Shown here piece after piece: positions 54,743 to 63,366 of a stretch of 64,000 bases of DNA. Source of the stretch: Patescibacteria group bacterium. Its GTDB lineage: Bacteria; Patescibacteriota; Minisyncoccia; Minisyncoccales; PEYH01. Both the position numbers and the translations under genes were made by a program. The stretch spans positions 1,624 through 65,623 of the forward strand of contig JAHIFQ010000009.1 in NCBI GenBank assembly GCA_018900835.1, in the 5' to 3' direction. The first letter of the stretch is position 1, and every line of letters starts with the position of its first letter. The notes under the pieces are model-generated. The model saw only the letters and a program-made list of their open reading frames with translations, was not told where the DNA came from and did no database searches.

Positions 54743-56473
54743 ATGAATTTAATAAACCAACTATTAAAACAAAGGGTTATTGACAAGAAGATTGCAGATT
54801 CTTTGGTAAAAGAATCTGCAAGTTCTGGACGAACCATTGAGGAGGTTATATTAAGCAAACAATTATTGCCGGAAAACAAGCTTTTTCAGATAAAAAGCGA
54901 TACTCTTGGCATCCCCTTAAAAGAGATTATCTCGCAAGATATTCCGGGCGATGTTTTGGAGCTTATTCCGCAGGATTCCGCAGAGCATTATAAGATGGTT
55001 CCGCTGGAGAAGAAGCAGAATATGCTTGAAGTGGCGATGGTTTATCCAGAAGATTTAAAGGCGCAAGAGGCCTTGAATTTTTTAGCCAGGCAAAGAGGAT
55101 TTAATTATCGCGTGAGCTTAATTACCTTAAGCAGTTTTCAGAATTTTTTGAAGAAATATCAAAACTTGGGGAGAGAAGTTAAAACAGCTCTTCAAGAATT
55201 AGAGAGACAGCTTCAACCCGGGAGACAAGATTCTGCGTTAAAAACCAAAGAGGAAATCGTTCAAAAAAGAAGCGAGGCCCCTATCAGCAAAACCGTTGCA
55301 GTTATCTTAAAACATGCTGTAGAAGGAAGGGCCTCGGATATACACATAGAACCCATGCCAGGCAGAAGCAGGATAAGATTTCGATTAGACGGTATTTTGC
55401 ATTCCAGTTTATTCCTGCCACAGGAGGTTCATCCTTCCATAGTAGCCAGAATTAAAATTATATCTAAATTAAAAATAGATGAGACGCGAATTCCGCAAGA
55501 TGGCCGTTTTTCCGTAAATATGAACAATCAAAATATTGATTTTAGGGTTTCAACCTTTCCAACAACGCTTGGCGAAAAAGTAGTAATGAGGGTGCTTAAT
55601 CCTGATTTAAGGGTTTCCACATTTGAGGAATTAGGGTTAGTTGGAAGAAATTTAGAGATTTTGAAGAAAGCGGCGAAAAGGCCTTATGGTATGATATTGT
55701 CCACAGGACCTACTGGTTCTGGGAAAACAACTACGCTTTATGTTGTCCTGGATTCTGTTAACAAGGAAGGCGTTAATATCATCACACTGGAAGACCCAGT
55801 AGAATATTTTATCAGTGGTGTGAGCCAATCGCAAGTAAAGCCAGAGATTGGGTATAGTTTTGCTACCGGATTAAGGCATGTTTTAAGACAAGACCCGGAT
55901 ATAATTATGGTCGGAGAAATTCGTGATAACGAAACCGCAGAATTAGCCACACACGCAGCGCTTACAGGACACTTGGTTCTTTCAACCGTCCATACTAATA
56001 ATGCTTTGGGCGCAATTCCAAGAATGATTGATTTAGGAGTCAGGGCGTTTTTGTTGCCTTCCAGTACAAACGCAATAATCGCCCAGAGATTAGTTAGGCG
56101 ACTTTGTCCTCATTGCAAGAAAAAAATTGCTGCAAGCGGGAAGATGAAGGAATTAATAATTGATGAAATGAAGGGCTTGCCAGATTGGGCGAAAGATGAA
56201 TATGGCGCTGGAACGAATATTCAAATTTGGGAACCTGTCGGCTGTAGTCAGTGCGGAGAAAGCGGGTATGTCGGCAGAGTCGGGGTATTTGAGATTTTAG
56301 AGATGACTAAAGCGCTTGGAGATATAATTATATCTGAACCAAGCGAGAATAAAATACTTGCCGAAGCCAATAATCAGGGGATGATAAGCATGAGACAGGA
56401 TGGAATATTGAAAGTTCTGAAAGGAGAGACATCTTTAGAGGAAGTTATCAGGAGCACATCCGAAGAGAGGTAA
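54743..56473 (+). CDS. pilB: Type IV pilus assembly ATPase PilB/GspE, set 2
   Basis: GSPII N-domain, Walker A GPTGSGKTTT, IIMVGEIRD, TGHLVLSTVHTNN, tetracysteine CPHC...CSQC. ATG 54743 preferred over TTG 54704. Confidence 0.92.
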   Translation: MNLINQLLKQRVIDKKIADSLVKESASSGRTIEEVILSKQLLPENKLFQIKSDTLGIPLKEIISQDIPGDVLELIPQDSAEHYKMVPLEKKQNMLEVAMVYPEDLKAQEALNFLARQRGFNYRVSLITLSSFQNFLKKYQNLGREVKTALQELERQLQPGRQDSALKTKEEIVQKRSEAPISKTVAVILKHAVEGRASDIHIEPMPGRSRIRFRLDGILHSSLFLPQEVHPSIVARIKIISKLKIDETRIPQDGRFSVNMNNQNIDFRVSTFPTTLGEKVVMRVLNPDLRVSTFEELGLVGRNLEILKKAAKRPYGMILSTGPTGSGKTTTLYVVLDSVNKEGVNIITLEDPVEYFISGVSQSQVKPEIGYSFATGLRHVLRQDPDIIMVGEIRDNETAELATHAALTGHLVLSTVHTNNALGAIPRMIDLGVRAFLLPSSTNAIIAQRLVRRLCPHCKKKIAASGKMKELIIDEMKGLPDWAKDEYGAGTNIQIWEPVGCSQCGESGYVGRVGVFEILEMTKALGDIIISEPSENKILAEANNQGMISMRQDGILKVLKGETSLEEVIRSTSEER

Positions 56474-56498
56474 AATAATTATTAATTTATTATAAAAT

Positions 56499-56864
56499 AT
56501 GAAAAAAGTATTATTAGTAGAGGATGACCCATTTTTAATAGATATTTATTCCACAAAACTTGGTGAATCAGGGTTTGAGGTTCATTTGGCAAAGGACGGA
56601 GGAGCTGTATTAGATTTTTCCAAAAAAATTAAGCCAGATATAATTATTCTGGATATTGTTTTGCCGCACATAGATGGGTGGCAGATATTAAAACAACTAA
56701 GAGTAGAGGAGGGGCTTAAGCATACCAAAATTATAATCCTGTCCAATTTGAGTCAAAAAGAGGAGGTTGAAAAAGGACTTTCGTTAGGGGCTGACAAATA
56801 TTTAATTAAGTCGGATTATACTCCTACGCAAGTCATTGATGAGATTAATAAAGTTTCTCATTAA
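56499..56864 (+). CDS. Stand-alone response regulator receiver (PilH/CheY-like)
   Basis: VEDD, DIIILDIVLPHIDG, SNL, ADKYLIK receiver motifs. Confidence 0.88.
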   Translation: MKKVLLVEDDPFLIDIYSTKLGESGFEVHLAKDGGAVLDFSKKIKPDIIILDIVLPHIDGWQILKQLRVEEGLKHTKIIILSNLSQKEEVEKGLSLGADKYLIKSDYTPTQVIDEINKVSH

Positions 56865-56893
56865 AAAAAACAATTAGGGTTGTTGTATAATAA

Positions 56894-57985
56894 ATGATAA
56901 AAGACCATAAAAAATTTTTAGATGATTTATTAACTCTTGCCGTTAAAAAAGGCGCTTCTGATATTCATTTTTCTTCTTCCAAAAGTCCAATTTTGCGGAT
57001 AGCAAGCCGACTAACCCCGCTCACAAAAGAAGCAGAGCTTAAGTCAGATGATATTGTTTCCATAGTCAAAGTTTTGTTATCACAGAATTATTCACAAGAA
57101 AGATTTGATAAATTCTTAAGGGAGAGGGAGATTGATTTTTCTTATGACTCTGGTGATAAGGGCAGGTTTAGAGGAAACGCATATTTCCAGCAGGGTAAGG
57201 TGAGTTGCGCTTTGAGGTTTTTATCAAGGAAGATTTCAACTATTGAAGACCTGAATCTCCCGCCAGTTCTTAACTTGTTTAGCCAAGCCCATCAGGGGTT
57301 TGTTTTAATAACAGGGCCTTCCAGTCAAGGAAAATCAACCACTTTGGCTGCCTTGATAGACGCTATTAATCATTCTCGGAGCTGTCATATCATAACAATT
57401 GAAGACCCTATTGAATATGTGTTTGAGGACGATTTGGCGATTATTGACCAAAGAGAGGTCTTTAGCGATACATTATCTTTTGCCAGGGCTTTGCGTTCTA
57501 CTTTTCGCCAAGACCCGGATGTGATTATGTTGGGAGAGATGCGCGACCCAGAAACAATCGCCATTGCTCTTTCAGCAGCAGAAACCGGACATTTGGTCTT
57601 TGCCACTCTTCATACCAACTCTGCTGCCCAGACAATACACAGGATTGTAGATAGTTTTGATGATAATCGGCAAAAGCAAATCCGCGCGCAATTATCCACT
57701 TCGCTTTTAGGCATTGTCTCCCAGCGGTTAATTCCAAATATCAAAGGAGGACTTACTCCTGCCACGGAAATAATTTTTAATAACCCTGCGATAGCCAATC
57801 TTGTCAGAGAGGGCAAGATACATGAGATTCCGATAGTAATAGAGACCTCATCTGAAGAGGGAATGATTTCCTTAAATAAATCGTTGGCGCTTTTGGTTCA
57901 AGATAAGGAAATCACAAGGGAGTCAGCATTTAAATTTACCACAAACCCAGACGGATTGAGAACCCTATTAGGAGGCAAATTTTAA
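56894..57985 (+). CDS. pilT: Retraction ATPase PilT
   Basis: ASDIHFSS, Walker A GPSSQGKSTT, DVIMLGEMRD, TGHLVFATLHTNSA. 363 aa, which is PilT-sized. Confidence 0.88.
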   Translation: MIKDHKKFLDDLLTLAVKKGASDIHFSSSKSPILRIASRLTPLTKEAELKSDDIVSIVKVLLSQNYSQERFDKFLREREIDFSYDSGDKGRFRGNAYFQQGKVSCALRFLSRKISTIEDLNLPPVLNLFSQAHQGFVLITGPSSQGKSTTLAALIDAINHSRSCHIITIEDPIEYVFEDDLAIIDQREVFSDTLSFARALRSTFRQDPDVIMLGEMRDPETIAIALSAAETGHLVFATLHTNSAAQTIHRIVDSFDDNRQKQIRAQLSTSLLGIVSQRLIPNIKGGLTPATEIIFNNPAIANLVREGKIHEIPIVIETSSEEGMISLNKSLALLVQDKEITRESAFKFTTNPDGLRTLLGGKF

Positions 57986-57999
57986 TAATTCTGCTATAA

Positions 58000-58174
58000 T
58001 TAAACTACTTTTAAAAATTATATATAAAAAGTTTAATTTCAAGGTTCTGTGAGCGGAGCGAGCAGGTTCTTATTATTAAACTGAATGAAGTTTAATTTCG
58101 AGCGTTCTGCGAGCGGAGCGAGCAGGTTCTTATAATGAGATTTATCATCAACAACTTAAACTAATGCAGTTTAA
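58000..58174 (+). promoter_or_regulatory. Repeat-rich leader of pilC2: two 45-46 nt direct repeats plus three ttaaact-N-agtttaa palindromes
   Basis: Direct repeats at 58029-58073 and 58088-58133 (aagtttaatttc..gttctg.gagcggagcgagcaggttcttat). Palindromes at 58000-58036, 58076-58095 and 58156-58174, the last spanning the ATG. Copy 2 ends in tataat. Confidence 0.6.
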
Positions 58175-59378
58175 TTATCAAGCAAGAACAAAAAACGGAT
58201 TAATCCAAGTTGGAGTGATAGAAGTGTCATCACGGAATGATGCTGTTTCTCTTTTGCAGAAAGAGGGTCTTTACATCACCCATTTAGAGGAAGTGACGAA
58301 AAGACCGTTTTATTTCCGTCAAATAGACCTGCTTAATAGGGCAGGGAAAAAAGATGTTATGATGTTCTGTCGAGAACTCGCCCTAATGTTGAAATCAGGA
58401 GTCGGATTAGTGGAGTCATTGAGGGCATTGGCAGAGCAAACCGAAAAATCAGTGTTTAAGGCACAGATTGTTGAGGTATCAGAAGATGTTGAAGGTGGCG
58501 TATATTTCTCAGAGGCATTATCAAAATTTCCGAAGATTTTTTCCAATTTTTTTATCAATATTATAAAAGCAGGCGAGGCGTCTGGAAAATTGTCAGAGAG
58601 CTTAAATTATTTAGCCCAGCATCTTGAAAGAGAGTATAATCTAATTAATAAAATTAAGAGCGGAATGACTTATCCGGCGTTTATTCTCTTGGTATTTTTA
58701 GGAATAGGAGGACTGGGAATATTTATGGTGCTTCCGTCATTCCAAGATACGCTTTCATCGCTTGAAGTGGAATTGCCTGTTTTAACACGGGCGGTTCTCG
58801 GATTAGGTGAAGCAGCGAGGACATGGTGGTGGGCATTCTTAATAGGCATTATTCTAATCGTGGTCTTGATTCGGAGATATTCTAAAACCGATGAAGGAAG
58901 AGAAATAATAGGAAAAATTGTTTTAAAGATACCTATATTAGGTAAAACTGTCAGGAGGGTGTATCTAACGAGATTTACGGAAAATCTATCTACATTGATT
59001 TTAGCAGGCCTGCCAATTACTCAAGCATTGGATATAGTGAGCGGCGCTGCAGGCAATAAAACATATCAGAGAATAATAATGGAGACACAAGAAGGAGTGA
59101 GGAGGGGAGAATTAATGAGCTCTGTTTTGGAAAAATACCCAAAAGACATTCCGGGATTAGTGACTCAAATGATTAAGGTTGGAGAGAGGACCGGACGGCT
59201 TGACGAGTCGTTGATGCATATTGCTAATTTCTATGAATCAGAGGTTAATCGAAATATTGATGCTTTGATAGATATTATTGAACCGGTCTTGATAGTTGTG
59301 TTAGGCGGGATGGTCGCATTATTAATGGTTTCTATCATAGTCCCTGTATACAAAGGCGTATCTTCTTTCGGATTTTAG
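58164..59378 (+). CDS. pilC: PilC/GspF platform protein, set 2
   Basis: Two T2SSF repeats (FSEALSKFPKIFSNFFINIIKAGEASG and MSSVLEKYPKDIPGLVTQMIKVGERTG) and three TM blocks. Confidence 0.9.
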   Translation: MQFNYQARTKNGLIQVGVIEVSSRNDAVSLLQKEGLYITHLEEVTKRPFYFRQIDLLNRAGKKDVMMFCRELALMLKSGVGLVESLRALAEQTEKSVFKAQIVEVSEDVEGGVYFSEALSKFPKIFSNFFINIIKAGEASGKLSESLNYLAQHLEREYNLINKIKSGMTYPAFILLVFLGIGGLGIFMVLPSFQDTLSSLEVELPVLTRAVLGLGEAARTWWWAFLIGIILIVVLIRRYSKTDEGREIIGKIVLKIPILGKTVRRVYLTRFTENLSTLILAGLPITQALDIVSGAAGNKTYQRIIMETQEGVRRGELMSSVLEKYPKDIPGLVTQMIKVGERTGRLDESLMHIANFYESEVNRNIDALIDIIEPVLIVVLGGMVALLMVSIIVPVYKGVSSFGF

Positions 59379-59478
59379 TTATTCCCGCTTTAGCTAAGTT
59401 ATTCACAGTATTTGTTTGATAAGACCCATTTTTTGGTATACAATAAATTATAGACAAATAAATGTAATTCCCGTCTAA

Positions 59479-59568
59479 CTTGCGAGGTTTGCAGGATAAA
59501 TAGGAGGGGGTAAAATCCCCCACCAATCCTGCGAGCGACGCAGGATTGGTGGGGGGAAAGGTCGCAAG
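59479..59568 (+). ncRNA. Structured leader upstream of the major pilin gene (candidate cis-regulatory or stabilising RNA)
   Basis: Outer helix cttgcga/tcgcaag (59479-59485 / 59562-59568) encloses a perfect 17-bp hairpin cccccaccaatcctgcg agcga cgcaggattggtggggg (59517-59555). Alternative pairings are ggggg taaaat ccccc, and gcaggat with atcctgc. Confidence 0.5.
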
Positions 59569-59594
59569 AGTAAAAATTTAAATCTATAAAGGTT

Positions 59595-60056
59595 ATGAAA
59601 TCAAAAAAAGGTTTTACTTTAATTGAACTTTTAGTGGTTATTGCTATTATTGGAATTTTGGCTGCTATTGTGTTGGTTTCTTTGAGGGGAGCTCCTGCTC
59701 GGGCAAATGACGCGAGAATCAAATCAGCTGTCAATCAAGCAAGGACACAGGCCGAATTAATTTGGGCAGATGATTCACTTTATACTGGTCTGTGCGATAC
59801 AGATACCCTGAATCAAGCGCACGCCACTTACGGTGCTCAACTCGCTGCTTTGGAAAATGATATTGCAGACAGGCAAGGGAAGGTTTTCCCTGCTCCTCCC
59901 GATATGAATTGTCAAGCAAGCGCTAATGCCTATTGTGTGAGCGCAAAACTTACCAGCCCTGCCACAACAACCTATTTCTGTGTTGACAGCGATGGCTTGG
60001 TGAAAGACGACGCAACAGAAGCTGATTGTGTTGTTGGCGCTATAAATTGCCAGTAA
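59595..60056 (+). CDS. pilA: Type IV major pilin
   Basis: MKSKKGFTLIELLVVIAIIGILAAIVLVSL class III signal. 153 aa with C-terminal Cys pairs. Confidence 0.9.
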   Translation: MKSKKGFTLIELLVVIAIIGILAAIVLVSLRGAPARANDARIKSAVNQARTQAELIWADDSLYTGLCDTDTLNQAHATYGAQLAALENDIADRQGKVFPAPPDMNCQASANAYCVSAKLTSPATTTYFCVDSDGLVKDDATEADCVVGAINCQ

Positions 60057-60078
60057 TTAATAGTTATCATTTTCTCCT

Positions 60079-60522
60079 ATGAAAGCTTTGCTTAAAAAAA
60101 GAAAAGGGTTTACTATAGTTGAACTGCTTATAGTAGTGGCTATTATTGGTATTTTGGCAACCATTGTCATTGTTTCTTTAAAAGAAGCGTCAGACAGGGC
60201 AAGGAATACTAAGATAATCACAAGCGTAACACAAATCAGAAAAATCGCTGAAGATATGTATATTCAGGAGGCAGGCGGATACGAGTCATTATGTATATCC
60301 GGCGAATTGAATGGTGGCTACAGCGATATATTGACTATTCTGGAAAACGATGTGGAAAAATATGGTGGAGATATGGTAAGCTGTTACGACTCGCGCTACA
60401 GTTACTGTGTAAGCGCTCAACTCACTGGTAGCACAACAAAATATTTTTGCATTGATGACCAGGGAAGCAATATTGAATCAACAAGCAATGCCTGTAGCGA
60501 CATCAATATTGCCTGTGAGTGA
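60079..60522 (+). CDS. Second type IV pilin
   Basis: KRKGFTIVELLIVVAIIGILATIVIVSL. 147 aa. The layout YCVSAQLT...YFCID parallels that of pilA. Confidence 0.88.
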   Translation: MKALLKKRKGFTIVELLIVVAIIGILATIVIVSLKEASDRARNTKIITSVTQIRKIAEDMYIQEAGGYESLCISGELNGGYSDILTILENDVEKYGGDMVSCYDSRYSYCVSAQLTGSTTKYFCIDDQGSNIESTSNACSDINIACE

Positions 60523-60548
60523 GGGGCAGTTATAATCTAATCTTCAAA

Positions 60549-60580
60549 AAGAGACCTCCTCTATCTTAAGGAGGTCTCTT
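60549..60580 (+). terminator. Stem-loop after the pilin genes
   Basis: aagagacctcc / ggaggtctctt, an 11-bp perfect stem with a 10-nt loop. Confidence 0.6.
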
Positions 60581-60589
60581 GGCTGAATA

Positions 60590-60613
60590 GGTTGGCAGGT
60601 TGGCAGGTTGGCA
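60590..60613 (+). repeat. Three tandem copies of the octamer ggttggca
   Basis: Read directly. The last copy runs into cataat (-10-like). Confidence 0.75.
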
Positions 60614-60642
60614 TAATAAGCTCACAGCGCTTACTTGTAGAG

Positions 60643-60671
60643 AATGTTTAGAGGTTCAACCTCTAAACATT
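60643..60671 (+). other. Perfect 12-bp hairpin aatgtttagagg ttcaa cctctaaacatt covering the first ATG of track ORF 60644
   Basis: Read directly. It argues that pilD starts at the next in-frame ATG (60686). Confidence 0.6.
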
Positions 60672-60685
60672 GTAATGATTTATTA

Positions 60686-61531
60686 ATGATTATTTATTAT
60701 TTGTTAATTTTTATATTCGGTCTTATAGTGGGTTCATTTTTGAACTGCGTGATTTATCGGTTGGAGAAAAAGGAGAGTTTTTTACATGGCAGGTCATTTT
60801 GTCCTAATTGCAAGCATTCTTTAGCTTGGTATGACCTGATTCCATTATTGAGTTTTATTCTTCTGCGCCGAAAATGCCGTTATTGCCATAAATCAATCTC
60901 TTGGCAATATCCAATTATAGAAACAGCAACAGGGGCGCTATTTCTGCTAATTTTCAATTTCTCCGCCCAAGGCGGGCAGGCAATTTTCAATGAAATCTCA
61001 ATTTTCAACAGTTCGGCCATGAGCTCACTGCCGAATGGTTTTCAATTTTTAAACTTTGTCTATTATTTATTGATTGCCTGTTTCCTCATTGTTATTTTTG
61101 TTTATGACTTGAAGCATTTCATAATCTTGGACAAGGTCTTGATTCCAGCAATCGCCATATCTTTGATATATAGGTTAGTCGGCGCCTTGTTTTTGAATAA
61201 TCAATTATCAATTATTAATTATCTGCTTTCTGCTTTTGGCGCTGCTGGTTTTTTCCTTTTGATATATTTGATCTCCAAGGGCAAGTGGCTTGGATTTGCA
61301 GATGTTAAATTGGTAATACTTTTGGCAATGATTTTGGGCTGGCCTAAAATAGCCCTGTCTTTGTTTTTAAGTTTTTTCATCGGTGCTATAATAGGTATAG
61401 GACTGATAGTTTTCTCCGGGAAAAAGCTTAAAAGCGAAGTTCCGTTTGCCCCATTTTTAATAACCGGAACATTGATTGCCTTATTTTGGGGTCAGCATCT
61501 CATTGATTGGTATTCCGCTTTGATTTTCTGA
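60686..61531 (+). CDS. pilD: Prepilin peptidase/N-methyltransferase PilD (A24 family) with a repeat-derived insertion
   Basis: GSFLNCVIYRL, CPNC...CRYC zinc motif, YPIIETATGALF, FVYDLKHFIILD and GFADVKL catalytic Asp regions. The segment FNFSAQGGQAIFNEISIFN is encoded by repeat DNA. Confidence 0.88.
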   Translation: MIIYYLLIFIFGLIVGSFLNCVIYRLEKKESFLHGRSFCPNCKHSLAWYDLIPLLSFILLRRKCRYCHKSISWQYPIIETATGALFLLIFNFSAQGGQAIFNEISIFNSSAMSSLPNGFQFLNFVYYLLIACFLIVIFVYDLKHFIILDKVLIPAIAISLIYRLVGALFLNNQLSIINYLLSAFGAAGFFLLIYLISKGKWLGFADVKLVILLAMILGWPKIALSLFLSFFIGAIIGIGLIVFSGKKLKSEVPFAPFLITGTLIALFWGQHLIDWYSALIF

Positions 61532-61605
61532 TAAATGATTAATGATAAATCCGCCCGAGGCGGGCAGGCCCGCCTCGGGAGGGCAAGTGATAAATGATAA
61601 ATAAT
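61529..61605 (+). repeat. Heptamer array tgataaa/tgattaa/tgataaa interrupted by a 38-nt GC-rich hairpin element, then tgataaa/tgataaa/taattat
   Basis: The hairpin is cccgaggcggg cagg cccgcctcggg (61553-61578). The 20-mer tccgcccgaggcgggcaggc matches pilD CDS 60962-60981 at 19 of 20 positions. Confidence 0.8.
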
Positions 61606-62145
61606 TATTGTTCAACAAAGAGTAAGGAGACAGGCATGACCTTGGTTGAGGCCTTGATTACCGTTGCGATAGTAGGAATTTTATTGGCAACAAGCTTTTT
61701 GGCTTATCGGCCAAGAGGGCAGGAGCTTGCCCTGCAGAGGTCTGCTTTCAAGATTGCATCTGATATTGAGATTGTTAGAGAAATGGCAATGTCAGCGCGG
61801 AAAAATGTTGGCGGAGAAATTCCTATTGGCGGATACGGTATTTATTTTGACATTGCAAATCCATCGTCTTATATTCTATTCGCTGATTCAGACGCAAGCA
61901 AGAATAGAAAATCAGACGGTTCCGAAGATATTAAAACATTAGACATAGAAGACGGAATAGTGTTAAGTATTTTGTCGCCCTCTAATCCAGTAAACATCAC
62001 ATTTGTTTCTCCTTCCCCTGATGTTTTTTTACAAGGAGGCGCCACAGTGGGACAAATAGATATAACCGTAGCAATACAAGCGGATATTTCTAAGACAAAA
62101 ATTATCTCTATAAACAAGGCGGGATTGATTTCCACTGACCAATGA
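61594..62145 (+). CDS. Minor pilin, GspH/FimT-like
   Basis: Leader MINNYCSTKSKETG then MTLVEALITVAIVGILLA (Glu at +5). 183 aa. Confidence 0.7.
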   Translation: MINNYCSTKSKETGMTLVEALITVAIVGILLATSFLAYRPRGQELALQRSAFKIASDIEIVREMAMSARKNVGGEIPIGGYGIYFDIANPSSYILFADSDASKNRKSDGSEDIKTLDIEDGIVLSILSPSNPVNITFVSPSPDVFLQGGATVGQIDITVAIQADISKTKIISINKAGLISTDQ

Positions 62146-62219
62146 TCACTAATTAATGATTGCTGATTACTGATTAATAATCACTGATAAATGATTAATA
62201 ATAAATGATTAATAATAAC
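62143..62219 (+). repeat. Eleven-unit heptamer array tgatcac/taattaa/tgattgc/tgattac/tgattaa/taatcac/tgataaa/tgattaa/taataaa/tgattaa/taataac
   Basis: Read directly. It begins at the TGA stop and contains the next gene's ATG and its MINNN codons. Confidence 0.85.
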
Positions 62220-62738
62220 GGATTTACATTGATAGAAATGCTTATCACCGTCTCTGTGGTGAGCGTTGGCATTGTTGGCGTTTTTATGTCGGTCCAACAA
62301 GGGATAATTGCAATTGATTACGCTAACTCCCGATTTACCGCAGCCCTACTTGCTCAAGAGGGAGTAGAAATTATTAAAAGCATTAGAGACACGAATCTTT
62401 TGGAATATAATTATGTTTCCACTGGCACTGCTTGGAACGAGGGAATTAGAACAGGAGATATTGAAGCACAGTATACAGACCCTCAATTAACAGAACCCGC
62501 CATGACACAACCAATATGTAGTCCAAGTTGTGACCCTGATGATATCAGGTTCCTTAAAAAATCCATTACAGGATTTTACAATTACGATACAGGGGATGAT
62601 AGCAGATTTAAAAGATTGATTCATATAGAATCACCGAATGCTGACCAAATGGATGCGACTATTACTGTTTTTTGGAACAAGAGGGGCGGAGGGTATTATA
62701 GTATTTCTCTGCTTCAGCATTTATATAATTGGTGGTAG
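62205..62738 (+). CDS. Minor pilin, PilV-like
   Basis: MINNNGFTLIEMLITVSVVSVGIVGVFMSVQQG. Confidence 0.7.
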   Translation: MINNNGFTLIEMLITVSVVSVGIVGVFMSVQQGIIAIDYANSRFTAALLAQEGVEIIKSIRDTNLLEYNYVSTGTAWNEGIRTGDIEAQYTDPQLTEPAMTQPICSPSCDPDDIRFLKKSITGFYNYDTGDDSRFKRLIHIESPNADQMDATITVFWNKRGGGYYSISLLQHLYNWW

Positions 62739-62758
62739 ATTCCTTCGTCAAACAAAAA

Positions 62759-63310
62759 ATGCAAAACAGGAAACAAAAAAAGAGAAATAATAAAAATAAT
62801 GGCTTTACCCTTATTGAGGTTGTTGTTGTGGCAGGGATATTTAGTGTTTTAATGATAGTTATTTCAGGAGTTTTTATTGCAGCTCTCAAAGCAGAGAGGA
62901 ATATTCTTGAGTCCAAAAAAGTTTTAGGAGAATTAAGTTATGCTATAGAATATATGACCCGGGCCTTGAGAATGGCGGAAAAAGACACTTCTGGCACCTG
63001 TATCCCTAATGGTTCTAATTATCAATTAACAGCCAGGGACGGCATAAAATTTATTAATATTCTTCAATCAAGCGCTTGCCAGGAATTTTTTGTAAATGAT
63101 GGGAAAATCAAGTATGCGACAGGGGCTGAAGAACTTGAGCTAACCTCTGCAGATGTAAATGTTTTAGTGTTAAAGTTTGAGATTATTAATGAGACAGAAT
63201 CAGATAATCTCCAGCCATTTGTAACGATACAGATTAAGGCAGACACGCCTAACAGCACAACGCTTGAACTTCAGACCAGTGTTTCGCAAAGAAATCCTGA
63301 TATCAGATAA
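62759..63310 (+). CDS. Minor pilin, PilW-like prepilin-type protein
   Basis: Basic leader MQNRKQKKRNNKNNG then FTLIEVVVVAGIFSVLMIV. ATG 62759 preferred over TTG 62729. Confidence 0.65.
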   Translation: MQNRKQKKRNNKNNGFTLIEVVVVAGIFSVLMIVISGVFIAALKAERNILESKKVLGELSYAIEYMTRALRMAEKDTSGTCIPNGSNYQLTARDGIKFINILQSSACQEFFVNDGKIKYATGAEELELTSADVNVLVLKFEIINETESDNLQPFVTIQIKADTPNSTTLELQTSVSQRNPDIR

Positions 63311-63331
63311 TAATCTTCTAATAGAAGTATG

Positions 63332-63366
63332 TAAGTGATAAGTGATAACAAATCAATGATTAGCAA
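63332..63366 (+). repeat. Heptamer array taagtga/taagtga/taacaaa/tcaatga/ttagcaa
   Basis: Read directly. It spans the alternative GTG/ATG starts of the next gene. Confidence 0.6.

Noticed and set aside
58029-58133. Possible CRISPR array (direct repeats with a spacer)
   Set aside because: There are only two imperfect copies with a 14-nt gap, and no cas genes in the window. They sit in a promoter-like spacer and are treated as a regulatory duplication.
59399-59734. ORF 59399..59734 (-)
   Set aside because: It is antisense to the pilA start and its structured leader. It is an artefact of the GC-rich palindrome.
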